Origin: Schizochytrium sp. TIO01
Lineage: Eukaryota; Protista; Bigyra: Labyrinthulomycetes
Reading direction: 5' to 3'
Length of the DNA stretch: 64,000 nt
NCBI GenBank assembly: GCA_004764695.1
Contig: SMSO01000032.1
Coordinates: 4,620,483 to 4,684,482, forward strand
Numbering within the stretch: position 1 is the first letter of the stretch; the number at the start of each line of letters is the position of its first letter. The notes below the pieces were generated by a model. The model searched no databases, was not told the DNA's origin, and was given only the letters and a program-made list of their open reading frames with translations. Made by a program: the position numbers and the translations under genes. This document shows, in pieces, positions 44,401 to 57,697 of this stretch.

Positions 44401-46074
44401 GCGGTATCGTCTCTCTTCTTATATTTATTTATTTAAAATAAATAGATAAATAACAATAAGAATACCATTTTTATCCTTCTGAAAATCAATTCATTCATTC
44501 ATTCATTTATTCATACCTACCTATGTGAGACACACCTAGCGAGTGACTGGCTGGCAATCTCGAGCTCCCTCTCGTCTTCTTCATTTTAAATTTAAAACTA
44601 AATTCAAACAAAAAAGAAAAGTAAAGAAAAGAAAAGAAAAGTAAAGGAGAGAAGAGAAGAGAAGATCGTAAATGAAAAGGTCAACTGCGCAAATCGAAGA
44701 TCTTCCTCATCGTCTGCGAACCTGGAGGGTTTTTGCAAGCGAAGAAAAGCGGAGAAAAGGCCAAAGGAACACCCACAATCAGGCCTCCGTCTGCTCTCCT
44801 GTACGCGAAGCTGGCTGCGTCTTGAGTTCTCCCCCGCTTTGACAGGGCCTCCTCCTTCTTCCCTGCGGCCTGTTTGATTGATCTGCTGCCTTTCTTTCTT
44901 TATTTATTCATTTATTTATTTATTTATTTGTTCACCTGTATTCATCTGCTTATTGCCTCCAGAAACATCGGCGCTGCAAACTTCAAAGGGCGAACTCGAG
45001 TTGGAATCTCCAAAGGACGGCCGCCGCCTCTCTGTCTGCTGTCTCCTCCTTCTTCGCCCCACCAAACCGACCAGCGCCACAGAAAAGCGTCAGTTTCCAT
45101 TGATCGATCGATCGATCGATCGATCGAGTGAATTCTTCGAAAGAAGGAACGAAAGAAAGGTCAAGAAGATCCAACTACCACGGACTGACTGACTGACTGA
45201 CTGGCGGACTGCTAGTGATGGGTGGGGTACTCGTAGAGGGTCCCAGCCACTCATGCTAGCTAGTTAGCCCGTTAGTTAGTTAGTCAAGATGCTATTGCGA
45301 TCTATCCGCAAAAAAGATTGATTTCACTTTCTTCTTCTTCGTTCCCTTAGTCTTACTATCATCCCAACTTTTAATGACTATTCTTTCACTCTTCTTCTAG
45401 AAAGTTTATATCAAAGGTTTTTTTTGGTGTTTTTTTTTTTTTAGTTGTCAAAAAATATGTATAGTAAGTGGAAGAGAAAAAGGTGTCTTTTCGGTACACC
45501 CGCATCGCCGTTGGACCCTCAGAAGAAGACTCCTGCAGCACACCCCAAGTTTCAAACTCTTCTCAATACCCGTCTACAGTAAACACTCATCTAGGGGGCT
45601 GCTGGGAACTTTCCATCGACGGAGTTCTAGAAGACCCTTGGCTCGGCAGCGGGCGTTCTATCCAGCCTTCTTGTCACTGACAGTAGTTCCAATCACGGGT
45701 AGAACGGCACCGCTGAAAAGTCGTTCCCCGTGTTACCCCTATTTGTGCGTGAGTGTATATGTATGTATGATGAATGGATGTATGTATGTTTTTGTATGTA
45801 TATGTATGCCACTGCCACGAAAGATAGATTTGCCAAAGGCGGGAAAAGCAACAGAGATCTCGAAACCTCTGCGCGAAGCCTCAAAGCCGCGGTGCCGCGA
45901 GCGGACCTGAAGCAGGAGGAGGGAGCCTGGGCATGGGCTTACTCGCCCACCGCCCCTCCTCCTTCGCGAACCTCGAGGCTCCCTTCCAGCCTGCGCGCCT
46001 CTCTCTTTCTCCGCTCTTGGTTGCTTTCCATTCTGTGACCCGTGAATAAAGGCAAACAAAGTAAACCAAACGGG

Positions 46075-46169
46075 TCATTCATTCATTCATTCATTCATTC
46101 ATTCATTCATATACACATACAGACCCACACATACTGTGTATCATATACACGCCTCGATATACCTGTATA

Positions 46170-46207
<38 letters not shown>

Positions 46208-46406
46208 CGTGCATTACACATTTGTAGAGATGAGTAAGTATGCATAATAAATCATAATTAATTAAAATATGATACAGATAGAATAGATACACAATGTGTA
46301 TATATGTATATATATGTGTATGTATGTATGTATGTATGTATGTATGTATGTATGTATGTATGTATGTATGTATGTATGTATGTATGTATGTATGTATGTA
46401 TGTATG
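46075..46406. repeat. (TCAT)n, (TA)n and (TATG)n microsatellites
   Basis: Seen directly. Confidence 0.95.
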
Positions 46407-47851
46407 TGAGATAGGTCCGTCTACGCTCGCGGGAATTGAGGTTGCGCCGACGGATTCCTGAGGTCTCGCGCCGCGTCGACGAGGAGAAGAGCGGAGAGAG
46501 AGCGGCGGAAGAGGGAGCCGCGGCGGTGACGGGGCGGCTGCGGCGGAGCCAGGAAGCGCCGGCGGCGGCTAAGGCAGGTGTTTCTGGTTGATTGATTGAT
46601 TGATTGATTGATTGATTCTGCGGGAAGAAGGAGAGAGCGAGAGAAAGGAAAGCAGGGAAGCTCTGAGGCGTTCCCCGCCGTTATTATTGTGACTTAGTTT
46701 GGCTTCTTTTCTTTTCTTTCTTTGTGGTCTTTTCTTTCCTGTTTTGTTCTGGTATCGTAAAAGCAGATATCGTACCATGGTTTGGTATTGAAGGTGCCGA
46801 TTCAAAGTGGACAGATGGAGCTAGCTAGCTCAGCATTAGGAGCGCGATAGCTTAGCGTATCCTCAGCTTTTGTTGGGATTGTTGTATCTCTTGCGTGAAT
46901 CTGCGTAGCTAGCTTTTCGTAGTTTTAAACTATGATATTGATATCACTATTTTTTATATATTTTTTAAAAAGTAAATTTTAAAATGTACGATTTTGTTTT
47001 TGTAATTATTTATTTAAATTTGAGTTGAAAGTAACAATTAATCGATCGATGATTAGATAGGAGATAATACTAACATGCGCTGCTTCTTCTCCGCAGGAGG
47101 TAGTAGTAGGAGGTATTAGGAAGGAGCAGTACTAAGCAGAGAGACGCCTAAGAAGTACTGAGATCTTTTCGAATTGAGTTTTCTCTTTAGAGAAAGGGAG
47201 AAGTAAAAAGAAATTCAAATCTATCTGTGTATCTATTTGTTGACAGTCAGTCAGTCACCAAACCCGAATCTCTGGACACTCGAGAAAGAAATACGTACGT
47301 GATCACGCCCGGCGTTGTGGCTTCGCTCGCTTTATCTTAGCACCATCCTGGTTGCTGCCTGCCTGTCTGCATGCATGCATGCATGCATGCATGCTTGCTC
47401 GTAGCAAACGAACCAGCCTTTCCTCCCTCCAGCGCTTTGTCTCGCAAAGGCTCTCACCTGATGTCGTTTGCTTGAATTGTCGTCATGAGACTGCGAGAAG
47501 CGAGAAGATATAGTTAAACTTCTTATGCCTTAACTACGTGCTCTCTCTTATGCATCTATGGTTGTAAACATGTATCTTCGTGGAGGAAAGGAAGGCACAA
47601 GCATTGCAGGTGCAAGGACCTTGGCAAATAAATGGTTCCTTTGGCGCCACACCACCAAACCTGAAGCGAACATGCTGAAGACTAACTTAACTCATTCATT
47701 CTCTGTCGAACGAATGGAAACATAAAATCTTGCTTGCTTGTTGTTTTTTTGTTCAAATATTGGAATCTGGCCTGCGGGAAACCTCAATAATTCATTCCCA
47801 TCCTGACTTTGCTGTCTGTCATCACAGTCATCGTCCCGTCAGTCAGTCAAA

Positions 47852-48910
47852 ATGCTCTCCACTGTCGCCCGTACCGCCCGCACCCGCGTGGCCGCCCAGG
47901 CCCGCGTCTCGCGCCGCTTCCTCAACGCTGAGGCCCCCAAGGCCCCTGCTGGTGAGCCCAAGAAGGGCGGCAACGGTGGTGTGATCGGCCTCCTCGCCGT
48001 CGCCGCCGCTGCCGGTGGTGCCTACTACTACTACAGTGGTGAGGCCGCTGCCCCCGCCGCTGCCCCCGCCGCCAAGTCTGTGGACTACAAGAAGATCTCT
48101 GAGGAGGTCGCCGACGCTCTTGAGAGCGAGACCCACGACGATGGCTCCTTCGGCCCCGTGCTCGTCCGCCTTGGCTGGCACAGCAGTGGTACCTTCGACA
48201 AGGAGAAGAACGACGGTGGCAGTGATGGTGCCGGTATGCGTTTCGCTCCCGAGTCCAAGTGGGGCGCCAACGCTGGTCTTGACAAGGCTCGCGCTGTCAT
48301 AGAGGCCATCAAGGCCAAGCACCCCGAGATCACCTACTCTGACTTGTGGATCCTTGCTGCCAACACCGCCATCGAAGAGATGGGTGGCCCCCACTGCGCT
48401 TTCCGCCCTGGTCGCTCTGACAAGGCCGAGGACTGCTCCCCTCTCCCCGACGGTCGTCTCCCTGACGCCGATGGCCGTGGCAAGAACCCCGCTGACCACC
48501 TCCGCGACATCTTCTACCGCCAGGGCTTCAACGACCAGGAGATCGTTGCCCTTGCCGGCGCCCACGCCATTGGCCGCTGCCACACTGAGAACAGTGGCTA
48601 CTGGGGCCCCTGGACCAACGCCCCCACCACCTTCAGTAACGAGTTCTTCCGCCTGCTCCTCGATGAGAAGTGGACCAAGAAGACCAAGCACGAGGGCAAG
48701 AAGTGGGAGGGCCCCGAGCAGTTCGAGAACCCTGCTGGCAACCTTATGATGCTCCCCACCGATCTTTCCCTTGTCGAGGACAAGGAGTTCCGCCCCTGGG
48801 TCGAGAAGTACGCCAAGGACGAGGAGCTCTTCTTCAAGGACTTCGCTGCCGCTTGGACCAAGCTTACCGAGAACGGATGCAAGAACCTTGCTGCCCAGCC
48901 TGCTCTCTAA
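47852..48910 (+). CDS. CCP1: Mitochondrial cytochrome c peroxidase
   Basis: Presequence plus TM segment ([11 protein letters not shown]); [10 protein letters not shown] (distal R/W/H), [13 protein letters not shown] (radical Trp), LMMLPTD. Confidence 0.95.
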   Translation: MLSTVARTARTRVAAQARVSRRFLNAEAPKAPAGEPKKGGNGGVIGLLAVAAAAGGAYYYYSGEAAAPAAAPAAKSVDYKKISEEVADALESETHDDGSFGPVLVRLGWHSSGTFDKEKNDGGSDGAGMRFAPESKWGANAGLDKARAVIEAIKAKHPEITYSDLWILAANTAIEEMGGPHCAFRPGRSDKAEDCSPLPDGRLPDADGRGKNPADHLRDIFYRQGFNDQEIVALAGAHAIGRCHTENSGYWGPWTNAPTTFSNEFFRLLLDEKWTKKTKHEGKKWEGPEQFENPAGNLMMLPTDLSLVEDKEFRPWVEKYAKDEELFFKDFAAAWTKLTENGCKNLAAQPAL

Positions 48911-49184
48911 ATTTTTTCGTCCCGTCGTCTTTAACTGGAAAGCAACATCCGTCACTCACTCACTACCTGAACACTGTTTTTGACGAATATCGCTCTTCAG
49001 TTGAATTGCAACTACAGAAACATTTAAAAAAACGCGATCCTACCTCGCGAACAAATTTCACACTTGCGACAGCAAGAGCAACAACAAGAACTACACATCC
49101 ACACACCCACCTCTTACTCTAATGTCCGTCTTTCATTACTTTTCTCATTTATGCACCTAAAATCTGCAAACAAAATTTATTAGG

Positions 49185-50934
49185 TCAAGTTTGACTTGCT
49201 GGAATATATGTCTTGCGGCGAATGGCCAATAACGGCGGGTGCCATCCTTGGGCCTCAGAGATAGCACTTGATAGCATACTCTGAAGTCGCGCAACTCGGT
49301 ATGATTTTGTCACTTTGACACCCTTCTTTTGCAGTGGTGTAACATTGCTTGCCGTGGGGAAACTATCTTCCGATTGGAATTCACCAAATCTTGAAGTGGC
49401 TCTATTCTTGTAAGACTTCTTTCGGTGATCATAAAGCGATTCCTCATTTGCCTTTCCGCCTATTCCACTTTCGCTGTGCTTTCTTAACAGCATTAAGTCA
49501 TCATCAGTATCATCAATCTTCCCTTCTGTTGATTCTCCTACATGTGAGTCCCCACTCACAGTATGCAGACCATTGCTATGACTCGATTCAAGCACTGAAG
49601 CCTGCCCTGATGCTATCCTTTCATCCTGGCAAATCTCAAAAGTATCGTCAAGATGTTCTTTACACAAACGTTCAGCTGCAGATTCCTCACTGTATGCTGT
49701 TCCCTGCACATGTTGCCATTGCTTCCTGCAGAGGATACTGCTCCTTTTCAGCAGTAATATGGAAGATATTCTCTTCAGTTGTTGTAGCACCTTTGGTCCC
49801 GGATTCGTACAAAGGTCCACCATTAATATCCCGACGTGGAAGCTCAAATCTTGTGTGTGACGAAATCTTTGACTTCGGTAAATGGTGCTGAGTCTTCGCG
49901 GGCTCAGGGTTAGGGCGTGAGGGCAAGTTCTGCAAACTCAGCAAATGACCAGGTGGAGGGTGCCTTGGAGGCGGTGGTACCTTTGAGTTTCGTCTGCTCT
50001 CAAATTCATCGAGCTCGGCTTGCGTAGGGCCTTCCCAGCTCGCAACTAGTTCCCGGACTACTTCACCTAATGGTATCCCTTGTACTGCATCATCTGGTAC
50101 ATCAAGAACTGTGTTTGGTGTTTTGTTTTCAGTGAATGCACCTTTCGAGTGCATATGGAGATCTTCGCTATGGCTTGCCTCCATTGGTACAAACTTCCTC
50201 TCGAGCTCTTTGGCAGATTGATTCACCTGCAAATACTTCACGGGTGTTTCCATGGATTGGACATACTTCGAGTCAAAGCTTTGGGAGCGAGCACTTTCAA
50301 AACAAGCACGGTTGCACGCCTCACAGCACCCTGGACGGACTGGGTGGCTTTCGTGCTCAGATCGGCTTCGCAGAAAGAATGGCCTCGCAAGATGATTTTG
50401 TTCTGCAAGATTGATGTCCCGAGCACTGCTTACAGCTACGAGGATGGACGACCGTGAAACACCAGGAATACAAAACATTTCGGTATCCGGAAGACCTTGT
50501 TCGGTATTTAATGTCAAATCCCACCAGGCGCGCGCTTCGTGAAGGTATCGATAAGCAGCGAAACATGTCTCACAAACGCTAACAGGCCGGTATAACCTCG
50601 AGCTTTGTGTACTGAGCGAACGAATATCTTCCATCACACCCTTATCTTGAGCCTTGGCAAAACCCGTGATCTGAAAGCGGGTGCCATCACGTTGTAGAGT
50701 AACTTTGTGTGTTGCAGCGCGTGCAATGGCCGCCAACAGAATTTGCTTCTGTAATTTTTGACCTCGATGCTGCCTCAAATTCGTAGAGACAGAGTCAGCC
50801 TCAGTTATACACGGATTAAGAGAACAATATTGCCCCCAGCAATCGTAGCCTCGACGAGGACCAGCAAGAACAGTCACAAGATCCCGCGGCGACATGGACT
50901 GATTCATATGCGGGTGTTGTTGCTGTTGTTGTTG

Positions 50935-50965
<31 letters not shown>

Positions 50966-52083
50966 TGGAAAATGGCTGTTGGCTCGTCAGGATCAACAAG
51001 GCCCGAGGCAATCGATGAATTTGATGATCGACCCGACGATGACGAACTTCCATCTTCAGCACGGCCACGGAGCGTCGCAAGAAACTCAATCTCGTTCATG
51101 GGTTGAAGCATCTCAAGATTCACAACGTGCGTCATGATAAGACCAATACCACGACAATCAACAAACTCTGCGCAAAGAGATTTTACCTGCCCCTTACCCC
51201 ATTGGCGCTCGAGACTGCGAGCAAAGTCATGCATGATCTGTTCAAGTGCATCGTTGACTACCTTGACCTTGTTGGGAATACGTATCTCATTTTCTTTGAG
51301 GTATACTTCACGATTTCGGTTCACTTGGTCACGAAACCGTTCGAGGGTAGCCTCATATGCTGCATGGCGTTCGCTTTTGACACCCATTACCCTTTTGTCA
51401 TCAGTCAAACGCCATACTGTTACTTTCCCAGCCAAGACTTGAAGTTCAGTCAAATATGTTGCAGCGCCACGTTGCGAATGCAAACCTGCACAAACTTGTA
51501 AGCTTATCAAAGATCGAAGTTGCTTGGGGTCCTGAAATAGATCCAGAAGTTGATGAGCCCGTAGAAATTCCACGCGCAGGTGAGCTCTCCCAGGTACGCT
51601 GGAGCGAGCCACGGCAATAAAGTGCTCAGCGTGCTTCCTTACTTGGTGAAGCCCGACATCGGGTGAGCCTGCAGCAGCAACTTTTTTGGCTTGACGGCCG
51701 AACTCGCGTAGAATGTCAGTCTCCTGAAGGCGGGAACTCTTTTTTGCAAGAATGGCGCCAGTCTTTTGAGATGTAAAGAGCCACTTGCATGGTTCCCCGT
51801 TCTGAAATAAGACAGTGTCAGGAATTCTAATACTCAAACCATGCAGAGCACGAAGTCTTGAGGACCATGAGAGGGAATAAGCTGTGGAAGGCGAAGAGCG
51901 CTCTGGTGACTTTGGCCCAAGCTCAGGGATCACCAGAGCAGCGCGCCTTGGGTTTATCTTCTTGCTGGAAAATATGACCTTTCTTCTTGTGGAGGAAAAG
52001 CTTGACGATAATAATGTCGGCCTCCCATCCAGCACAGAGGTTGCTGCCCTAGGGCTAAGTATAGGCGGAGGGCGATTTTCCAT
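49185..52083 (-). CDS. Hypothetical polyQ protein; probably one gene spanning two overlapping ORFs
   Basis: ORF 52083-49687 plus ORF 49847-49185 in another frame. A candidate GT-AG intron at 49810-49726 joins them in frame. Confidence 0.7.
50914..50967 (-). repeat. (CAG)n(CAA)n polyglutamine tract
   Basis: Encodes the Q run of the ORF. Confidence 0.95.
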
Positions 52084-53234
52084 TCTTGCTTTCGATGCTT
52101 GTTGGCATCGCGAGCACTGAGGCTGGTGAGCAACCGAATGGGGTTTGCTTTTTCGACTGCCCTGGGTTCTTTCCGTGGTGGTGAAATGTGACACCTAGGC
52201 TTCCCACTCTATCAGGCTCAAACTTTATTTACTTGCTGCAAGAGGTTCATCATTCAATCGTCTATATTGCAAAAATAGCCGTTAACTACATTACTACCAT
52301 TTATGTACAGAAAAAGACAAAAGAGCAGAAGGGGTAGGAAAAGGGATAGGGAGGCGCACGTGCTCGAGGAGGAAGGTGTTATTGGTCTCCCATCACGAGG
52401 GACCTTTGATGAATGATCGTGGAGCGAATGGAGCATACGAAGATTTGATGCTAGCAGTTAAAACATCTCTGCATATCAGCGTAGGATCGGTTCGGTTTTG
52501 ATTTAAAATTAAATTGATGTTGCCATTTTATTAAGGTGGGAAGGACGGGGGTATAGATTGGTGGTAAGATTAATTCTATTCAGCTTTGTCTCTGAAATAT
52601 TGCAAAAGTCTTTGCCTCCTAAGATTTGGATGGATCGAAGATGGCCCTGAGGAAGAGACAATTTCGCGTCAGAATTACCACACCATTTCGGAAAATGAGA
52701 TATTCTCAAATACTCTACCGTTGCAATCCTGTAAGTGAGCTTATAAACCTAGTATGGCGAGTGCAGGACCTCTTATTTGTTCCTTTATATGCACCCAAAT
52801 TTTGAGATTGATTGATAAGCAGACACAAGGAATACGGGATCGATTCTTTCGAGGGATATGCTTGAATGTATAATCTGTAGGGGACCGAAGTTATTTTTAT
52901 GTAAAGCGCTCCTTAGAGAGTGTGCGTATTGTAATACGTATCATACCAGTTCAACTACTTTAAAATCAAAATTAGACTTTGAATGATTATTTATATATAT
53001 AAATGAGTGCGCTGCTGGGGAGCGAGATATGGACAGATAAAGAAAAAGCAAATGGAAACAAATATGGAATGAATGTGTAGATGACGAAGAGGTGCGGGAA
53101 GAGCGCATGTATGCAGGCACGTGCCGGCGTCATTCCAGATAGAGTCTTGTTTTCGAGTGATGCGAAAAGAGTTGACTCGGTAGATATGTGCTTAGATGGA
53201 AGAACCGGCGGGTTGCAGAAGGTTAGAATGCAAC

Positions 53235-54119
53235 TTACAGGCCAGGGCTAGTGAAGGTTTTGAAAGGCTTATAGGTGTAATACTTGGGCTTGTCATCAAT
53301 GCGAAAATGCAAATAGTATACTCCCAAGCCTGATGTGCTAAGCCATGCAGGTCTAGTTTGATCCTGATGGAGGCGATCAGTCATGGCATCTGCAACCTTA
53401 CGCCAAATCGCCCTTGTCAGAACGGGCCGATCCTCAGCAGCCCTGATGAAAGGTCCCAAATGGCGAAAGCAATCTGCTGGAAGCGCAGCGTTAAGGCCAG
53501 GCACAACAAGCACTGCATCTCGACCAAGATTCGGGAAAGCCACGACACCATCTGCAGAAGCTGCAGCATCGGCGAGCTGCTCGCGAAACGTGTAAAGGTC
53601 AGCGTCAGAAATTTCCTCCAGGCCATCGCTTCTCACGAGCACAAACTCAAAGTCATCATGATGGGCAGTGCGGCCAGACGTAGGCTTCGTCTCAAAGAAA
53701 ATAGCCTCCCAAGGAGCCTCGCGAACGATCTGCGATAGATGATCCTGGAAAGCTGAGTCTGTACGCATCGCTCGTAAAGCAGCTGCCCAAGAAATAACAG
53801 CGCCTTCCGCACGAACTCTAACGCGGTCTTCGGACTCAAGGGTGCTATGGAGACGCAAATGATGTTCACCAAGAGCAGCAGCAGACTCAGCCTCAGCAGG
53901 AGAAAGTCCTGAGGTTGAAGATCTTGAGGATGGAGATGAAGATGATCGAATCATTGTAGCAGTAGCGGCCGAAACAGAAGACATGTTGCGAGACGAGAAG
54001 AGTCTAGGGGAGGGAATTGAGATGGCGAAGGAAAGGAGGCGAGAAGAGGCCAGCATGAGAGGACACAGCAGCAGCAAAAGGCGAACGAGAAGACTTTTGC
54101 TAGGGACGCTTGGGCGCAT
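53235..54119 (-). CDS. DUF6940-like protein with an N-terminal targeting extension
   Basis: AIFFETKP, FEFVLV, FPNLGRDAVLVVP, HLGPFIR, WLSTSGLGVYYLHFRIDDKPKYY. The start could be 54119 or 54056. Confidence 0.8.
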   Translation of the reverse strand: MRPSVPSKSLLVRLLLLLCPLMLASSRLLSFAISIPSPRLFSSRNMSSVSAATATMIRSSSSPSSRSSTSGLSPAEAESAAALGEHHLRLHSTLESEDRVRVRAEGAVISWAAALRAMRTDSAFQDHLSQIVREAPWEAIFFETKPTSGRTAHHDDFEFVLVRSDGLEEISDADLYTFREQLADAAASADGVVAFPNLGRDAVLVVPGLNAALPADCFRHLGPFIRAAEDRPVLTRAIWRKVADAMTDRLHQDQTRPAWLSTSGLGVYYLHFRIDDKPKYYTYKPFKTFTSPGL

Positions 54120-55155
54120 CCACGAAGAAGGATTTGTCCAAAGTGAGACGAATACAACGAGGAAAAGGTTTTCCAAGGATTGAAAACCCCGCGCACTTGG
54201 CCTCTACAAAGCCGACGAGACGAGCAGGCTAAAGACGTATCGTCGGATGCGGATTTGGCCTGCGTGAGTAAGCGCCTTGGATTTCCGGATCTATCTATAC
54301 ACAGAGAAGAATAGGCGGACGATCGTAGGACCCCACCGAGGGCTGACGGACCACGCGTGCGGATGAGAGGAGACAGAGCACTCACCAGGTGCTACCCGAC
54401 GGCATCTGCTACCTGCCAAGAGCGATTTGGTACTATCTCGAGCGACCACAGAGGAATGAAATGGAAAGCATTGCTAGAAATAGCAGTAATACAAACTAAT
54501 AGGAACAATATGAGCGACGCAGATTTCGTTTTCGGGTGTCCCTAAAGAAAGAGCAGTGCAAATCGAAGTCGATCTTGTTGTCTTCATCGCCTCTCGCTGC
54601 TTTCAGCTCTTCCCCTGCTCTCCGCCATCAATCCTCGCCTCGTCCCCACCCTCCTCGCAGCGAGGCCGTGCTCAGGCCCGCTGTGGTCTTCCCTAAAGCC
54701 TTTGGCTTTGGTCGAATCTTCACGCCTATTTCGCTGTTGTGCAATTCATTCCATCTCTGTCCTTTCGTTACGGTATCTTCATAAAAGAGCCTCCGGTTCT
54801 TACGCAGACGCCCATCTTAACAATGCCAATAAAATACGCAGTGGGCGTCTTAAACTGGTATTTTAAGACCGATCTTTCCCCGTCGGCGTCGGTAGGAGTT
54901 ACACAGGTTCAGCTAGGAGTGCGCCGTTTTTTCCCGTCGAGGCCCATTTCGTGTTTTCATGGAGAAGCTGCTGCTTCGATCAAATCCATCGCGAAGATGA
55001 TATCGATTGCGTGGGGCGATGGGGCCCGCTCGAGGATAGCTGAGGCGTCGTGCGGGTTGGCTGGAGGCAGCCTCTCTGCAGGTGTCTCGGCACAGCGCAT
55101 GCGCAGAGCGGAGTTGAAGGGGCTGTGCGATGAAGATGAATTGCAGGTTTAGGTT

Positions 55156-55357
55156 GTTCTAAGTCTGTTCTGATTGGCGCCTGTTCTCCTCTTCACGGCA
55201 TTAAGTAAGAAGAAGCAGAAGAGAGAGAACGTTCAGTCAGTCCTTTGTCTCTCCTGAGCATTAGCAAGTTAGAACAGTGCGTTCTAAGTCTGTTCTCTTC
55301 TTCACGGGCATTATTAAGGAGAAGAGGGAGGTCTCTCCTCACTAAGTTGGAACAGTG
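55156..55357. repeat. Degenerate tandem duplication
   Basis: GTTCTAAGTCTGTTCT occurs at 55156 and 55281; GTCTCTCCT...AAGTT(A/G)GAACAGTG occurs twice. Confidence 0.7.
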
Positions 55358-57159
55358 ATAGAAAACCCTCAAAAGGAAAAGAACTCGAAGAGGAAGAATT
55401 TCAAACGTTTTGTTTTAGATTTAGTTAATAAATCAACTGTAATATATTAAAATAAAACAAACATAAAACAAACATAAAATGAAATAAAATGAAATAAAAT
55501 GAAATGAAATAAAATAGAATGAAATGAAATGAAATAAAAATAAAATAATTGCCACCAGTACTGCAATTTATATACTAAGAAGAAGCAGGATGCAGCACGC
55601 CTTCGATTTGGACCATTCCATGGTGAAATCCGACAGAAAAGCCATCGAGCTCTTGGCTAACAGGATGCAGACCAAGGGACCATGCTCTCGCTCCTTCGAG
55701 CGGCCCTTCGTCGAGCCGGCATTGAATTCCAGCGACTGCCACGCACCGCATCAGTGGTTCTTGCCTCGTCATTTGCAGAATTTTGACGGGTAGAGCGGTC
55801 CTACACCTTGCCTAAGAGTCGCTTAGGAGTCCTGTGTGTTTAATTGTTTGTTTGTTTGTTTGTTTGTTTTGTTTGTTTATATATATGAATATTATGCTGT
55901 CATGTTTTTCCCAATGCAGGTATCGCTGTACTACTTCTCCCGAGGCGGTCGGGGCAAGGTCGCGGGCAGGCCGGCAGGCACGCAGACAGGCCGGCGAGGT
56001 TTCGGGAGAACGTGCTCGCTCGAAGCGGCGGGGGCGAATGCCCTGCGAGAAGAGCAAGAACAGCTTTGCAGAAAAAGCGAGAATGGGCGATTGTGAGTAA
56101 ATTCTGTGCGCCTCTCTGTGTTTTTTGTCCTCTTTCTTTCTTTGCCGTTGGGGCAGTCGCCGGCGCCTCGCCATCGCAGCGTGGCTGAGGTCCAGGCGGG
56201 CGAGGCCACGCCAGCATCGCCAGAGGCGCCCTCGCCGGCGCCACAGTGCCTGCCCGTCGCGCTGCAGCAGCGACCTCGCTGCTGCAGCGCGCTGGAGCAA
56301 CAACAATGTTTGCTTTTTTAATTTCTTCTTCTTTTCATTCTGTGCTCATTTGTTTTTTTTATTTATTTGTTTATTTATTTAATTTGTTTTTAAATTTGTT
56401 TATGTATGTTTTGACCTGACCATCCTATCGTTCCTTTTGTTCTTTTCGTTCTCTGTCACTGCTAGCAACCAATCTAGCTGGTGCTAGGCCCCCCGGAGAG
56501 CGAGAGATCAAAACAGTTCTCTTGCTGTTCTGTTCTTCCTTCGACTGTTGGAGCCCAGATAGCCTAAACAGTAGGCCGTGCGTAGGAGTGCCGCAGGAGG
56601 AGGCGGATTTTCCCTCTCAGTCTCTTTGTCTATATTCATGAATTAAACTAGAACAACGTATATTGATTGTTATGAGGGATTGAAAAAGAAAGAAAAAAGA
56701 TTGAAAAGTAAGAACGTTATTTCTGCTTTGAAGGACCTCCTTTTAGCAGTCAGTTAGTCAGTCAGTTAGTTAGTTAGTTGATTCGTTCTTCTTTCGCTAT
56801 AGATCGATTCGCCGCCTCTGCTCTGCGTCATTCGTGCTGATGAAAGCTGCACTCTGTCCGCAGAGCAGGCGCCACGCTCCGCTGCCATGTGTGTATGCAT
56901 GCATGCATCTTGCGAAGTCGAATGTGCTGATTGATTGATTGATTGATTGATTTTGATTGATTGATTGATCCCATTGACGGTGATTCCTTCATTTCTGCTG
57001 CTGGAAAGCCAACGAGAACAAATCACTTTCGTTAAAAACCAAAGAAAGAAAGAAAGAACTCGGCAGCGAGTGCTAGCGTGCGCTAGAGACTGCTACCCAT
57101 AGTGGTAGCGAGGCAACGCTAGCGGCGCATAGCCGAGTTCTACTCGAGGGCAGAAGGCA

Positions 57160-57265
57160 ATGAATGAATGAATGAATAAATAAATGAATGAATGAATGAA
57201 TGAATGAATGAATGAGTAAATGAATGAATGAGTAAATGAATGAATGAGTAAATGAATGAATGAAT
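57160..57265. repeat. (TGAA)n microsatellite
   Basis: Seen directly. Confidence 0.95.
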
Positions 57266-57585
57266 CCCTTGTGCTCCTTTTTCTGACTTTCCACTGTTTT
57301 CTTCCCTCAGATTCTCTCTTTCGGGTCTGAGCGAAGTAAAAGCTAAGTGATTGTGGTTATTGTGTGCTCAAGTTGATTGAACGAAGTGCCATTGTGGAGA
57401 TGAAGAAAGTCCACCATAAACAAAGTGAACTACCCTGAGAGGGAGGAGGGGGAGGAGAAATTCTTAGCTGGCTAGTGGGTGGTAGGGGTTTGCGGTAGGA
57501 GGGCTTGAAAGGCGAATGAAAGAAAGTACGTCGTACCGTTCCTCGTAGCAGCGGCGGTAGGCAGGCGTGGAAAAAGAAAGAGTGG

Positions 57586-57589
<4 letters not shown>

Positions 57590-57633
<44 letters not shown>
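57590..57633. repeat. (GA)n microsatellite
   Basis: Seen directly. Confidence 0.95.
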
Positions 57634-57635
<2 letters not shown>

Positions 57636-57697
57636 GGGAGAAATGAGAGAAATGAGAGACAAACTTTGAATTCGAATCATCTTTGAGAGGAGACGGA

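Noticed and set aside
47843-48955. 370-aa minus ORF opposite CCP1
   Set aside because: Antisense shadow of a codon-biased gene.
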